From a virus (Duplodnaviria > Caudoviricetes), in IMG/VR virus record IMGVR_UViG_3300020413_000079, positions 1 through 24,691 of that record: 24,691 nucleotides of DNA; one strand, written 5' to 3'. Position numbers and translations under genes: made by a program. Positions 24,393 through 24,691 of the stretch are shown here, piece by piece. Below the pieces are notes generated by a model. The model had not been told where the DNA came from. It worked only from the letters and a program-made list of their open reading frames with translations, and did not search any database. Within the stretch, counting starts at the first letter, position 1. Every line of letters starts with the position of its first letter.

Positions 24393-24535
24393 CGCTTTTT
24401 TCCTTGTCCTTTATATTGTTTATGGTTTCTTCGTTTGTGTTTGTTCTTTGGGCGGCTCCGTATACTGTTGCCTATGCTGGTTCTCTTCTTAGGTCCTGCT
24501 TCGTGAGAAGAAAATGCTTTCCAAAGTTTTGCCAT
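24389..24535 (-). CDS. 48-aa highly basic protein ending YKGQGKKR
   Basis: MAKLWKAFSSHEAGPKKRTSIGNSIRSRPKNKHKRRNHKQYKGQGKKR; AAGGA RBS; ATGA overlap with the next gene; not in the ORF track. Confidence 0.8.
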   Translation of the reverse strand: MAKLWKAFSSHEAGPKKRTSIGNSIRSRPKNKHKRRNHKQYKGQGKKR

Positions 24536-24536
24536 A

Positions 24537-24691
24537 TCAACTATCCTTTAACAAAACAGCTAACGGATCTCCGTCAAATTGTTTTGGTTTAGTTGTTGCC
24601 GCTTTAGCAGTTATTCTTTTGCCTGCTTTTTCGGCGGCTCTTATATTTTCTCTAGTGTTTCTAAGATACTCTATTATCTTTTGTATACCAG
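24537..24691 (-). CDS. 3' end of a hypothetical gene (partial, ...GIQKIIEYLRNTRENIRAAEKAGKRIT...LLKDS*)
   Basis: Open minus frame from the window end to TGA at 24537-24539, ending 1 nt before the next ATG. Confidence 0.7.
   Translation of the reverse strand, partial: GIQKIIEYLRNTRENIRAAEKAGKRITAKAATTKPKQFDGDPLAVLLKDS

Larger units (their letters stand above)
1..24691. mobile_element. Bacteriophage genome segment (podovirus-like, probably marine, using host sigma70 RNA polymerase)
   Basis: Whole window is dense phage-type genes: giant internal virion protein, PolA, class II RNR, DUF3310, exonuclease/Sak4/SSB triad, holin-like gene; overlapping coupled ORFs; no cellular housekeeping operons. 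Confidence 0.95.

Noticed and set aside
1-24691. tRNA, rRNA, CRISPR array or stop-codon reassignment
   Set aside because: No cloverleaf or repeat arrays seen; genes tile the window under the standard code, with TAA, TAG and TGA all used as stops.

Overview
AT-rich (roughly 35% GC by eye) segment of a tailed dsDNA phage genome, most like marine podovirus-type phages. Two arms converge at 8838/8839. The + arm holds the end of a probable virion gene and an 8.6 kb giant polyvalent internal-virion/ejection protein (lytic transglycosylase, HExxH peptidase, ART-like and PLxRFG motifs). The - arm is a tightly coupled replication/metabolism region: Cas4-like Fe-S exonuclease, AAA_24/Sak4-like ATPase, DUF669-like SSB, a family A DNA polymerase split in two inside its 3'-5' exonuclease domain (degenerate UDG-like domain + ExoI/II in one gene; ExoIII + polymerase with His at the 762-equivalent site in another), DUF3310, a DUF3987-like AAA+ helicase, class II RNR, an HTH-metallophosphoesterase and a holin-like gene preceded by unannotated micro-ORFs. 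Five 2OG-Fe(II) oxygenases and a Prx5 peroxiredoxin are interleaved among the replication genes. Four near-consensus sigma70 promoters sharing TGRTATAATA drive the - arm, two apparently leaderless. The hexamer GGGGCA is about ten-fold over-represented on both strands by manual count. All family calls come from motif recognition, not database searches.
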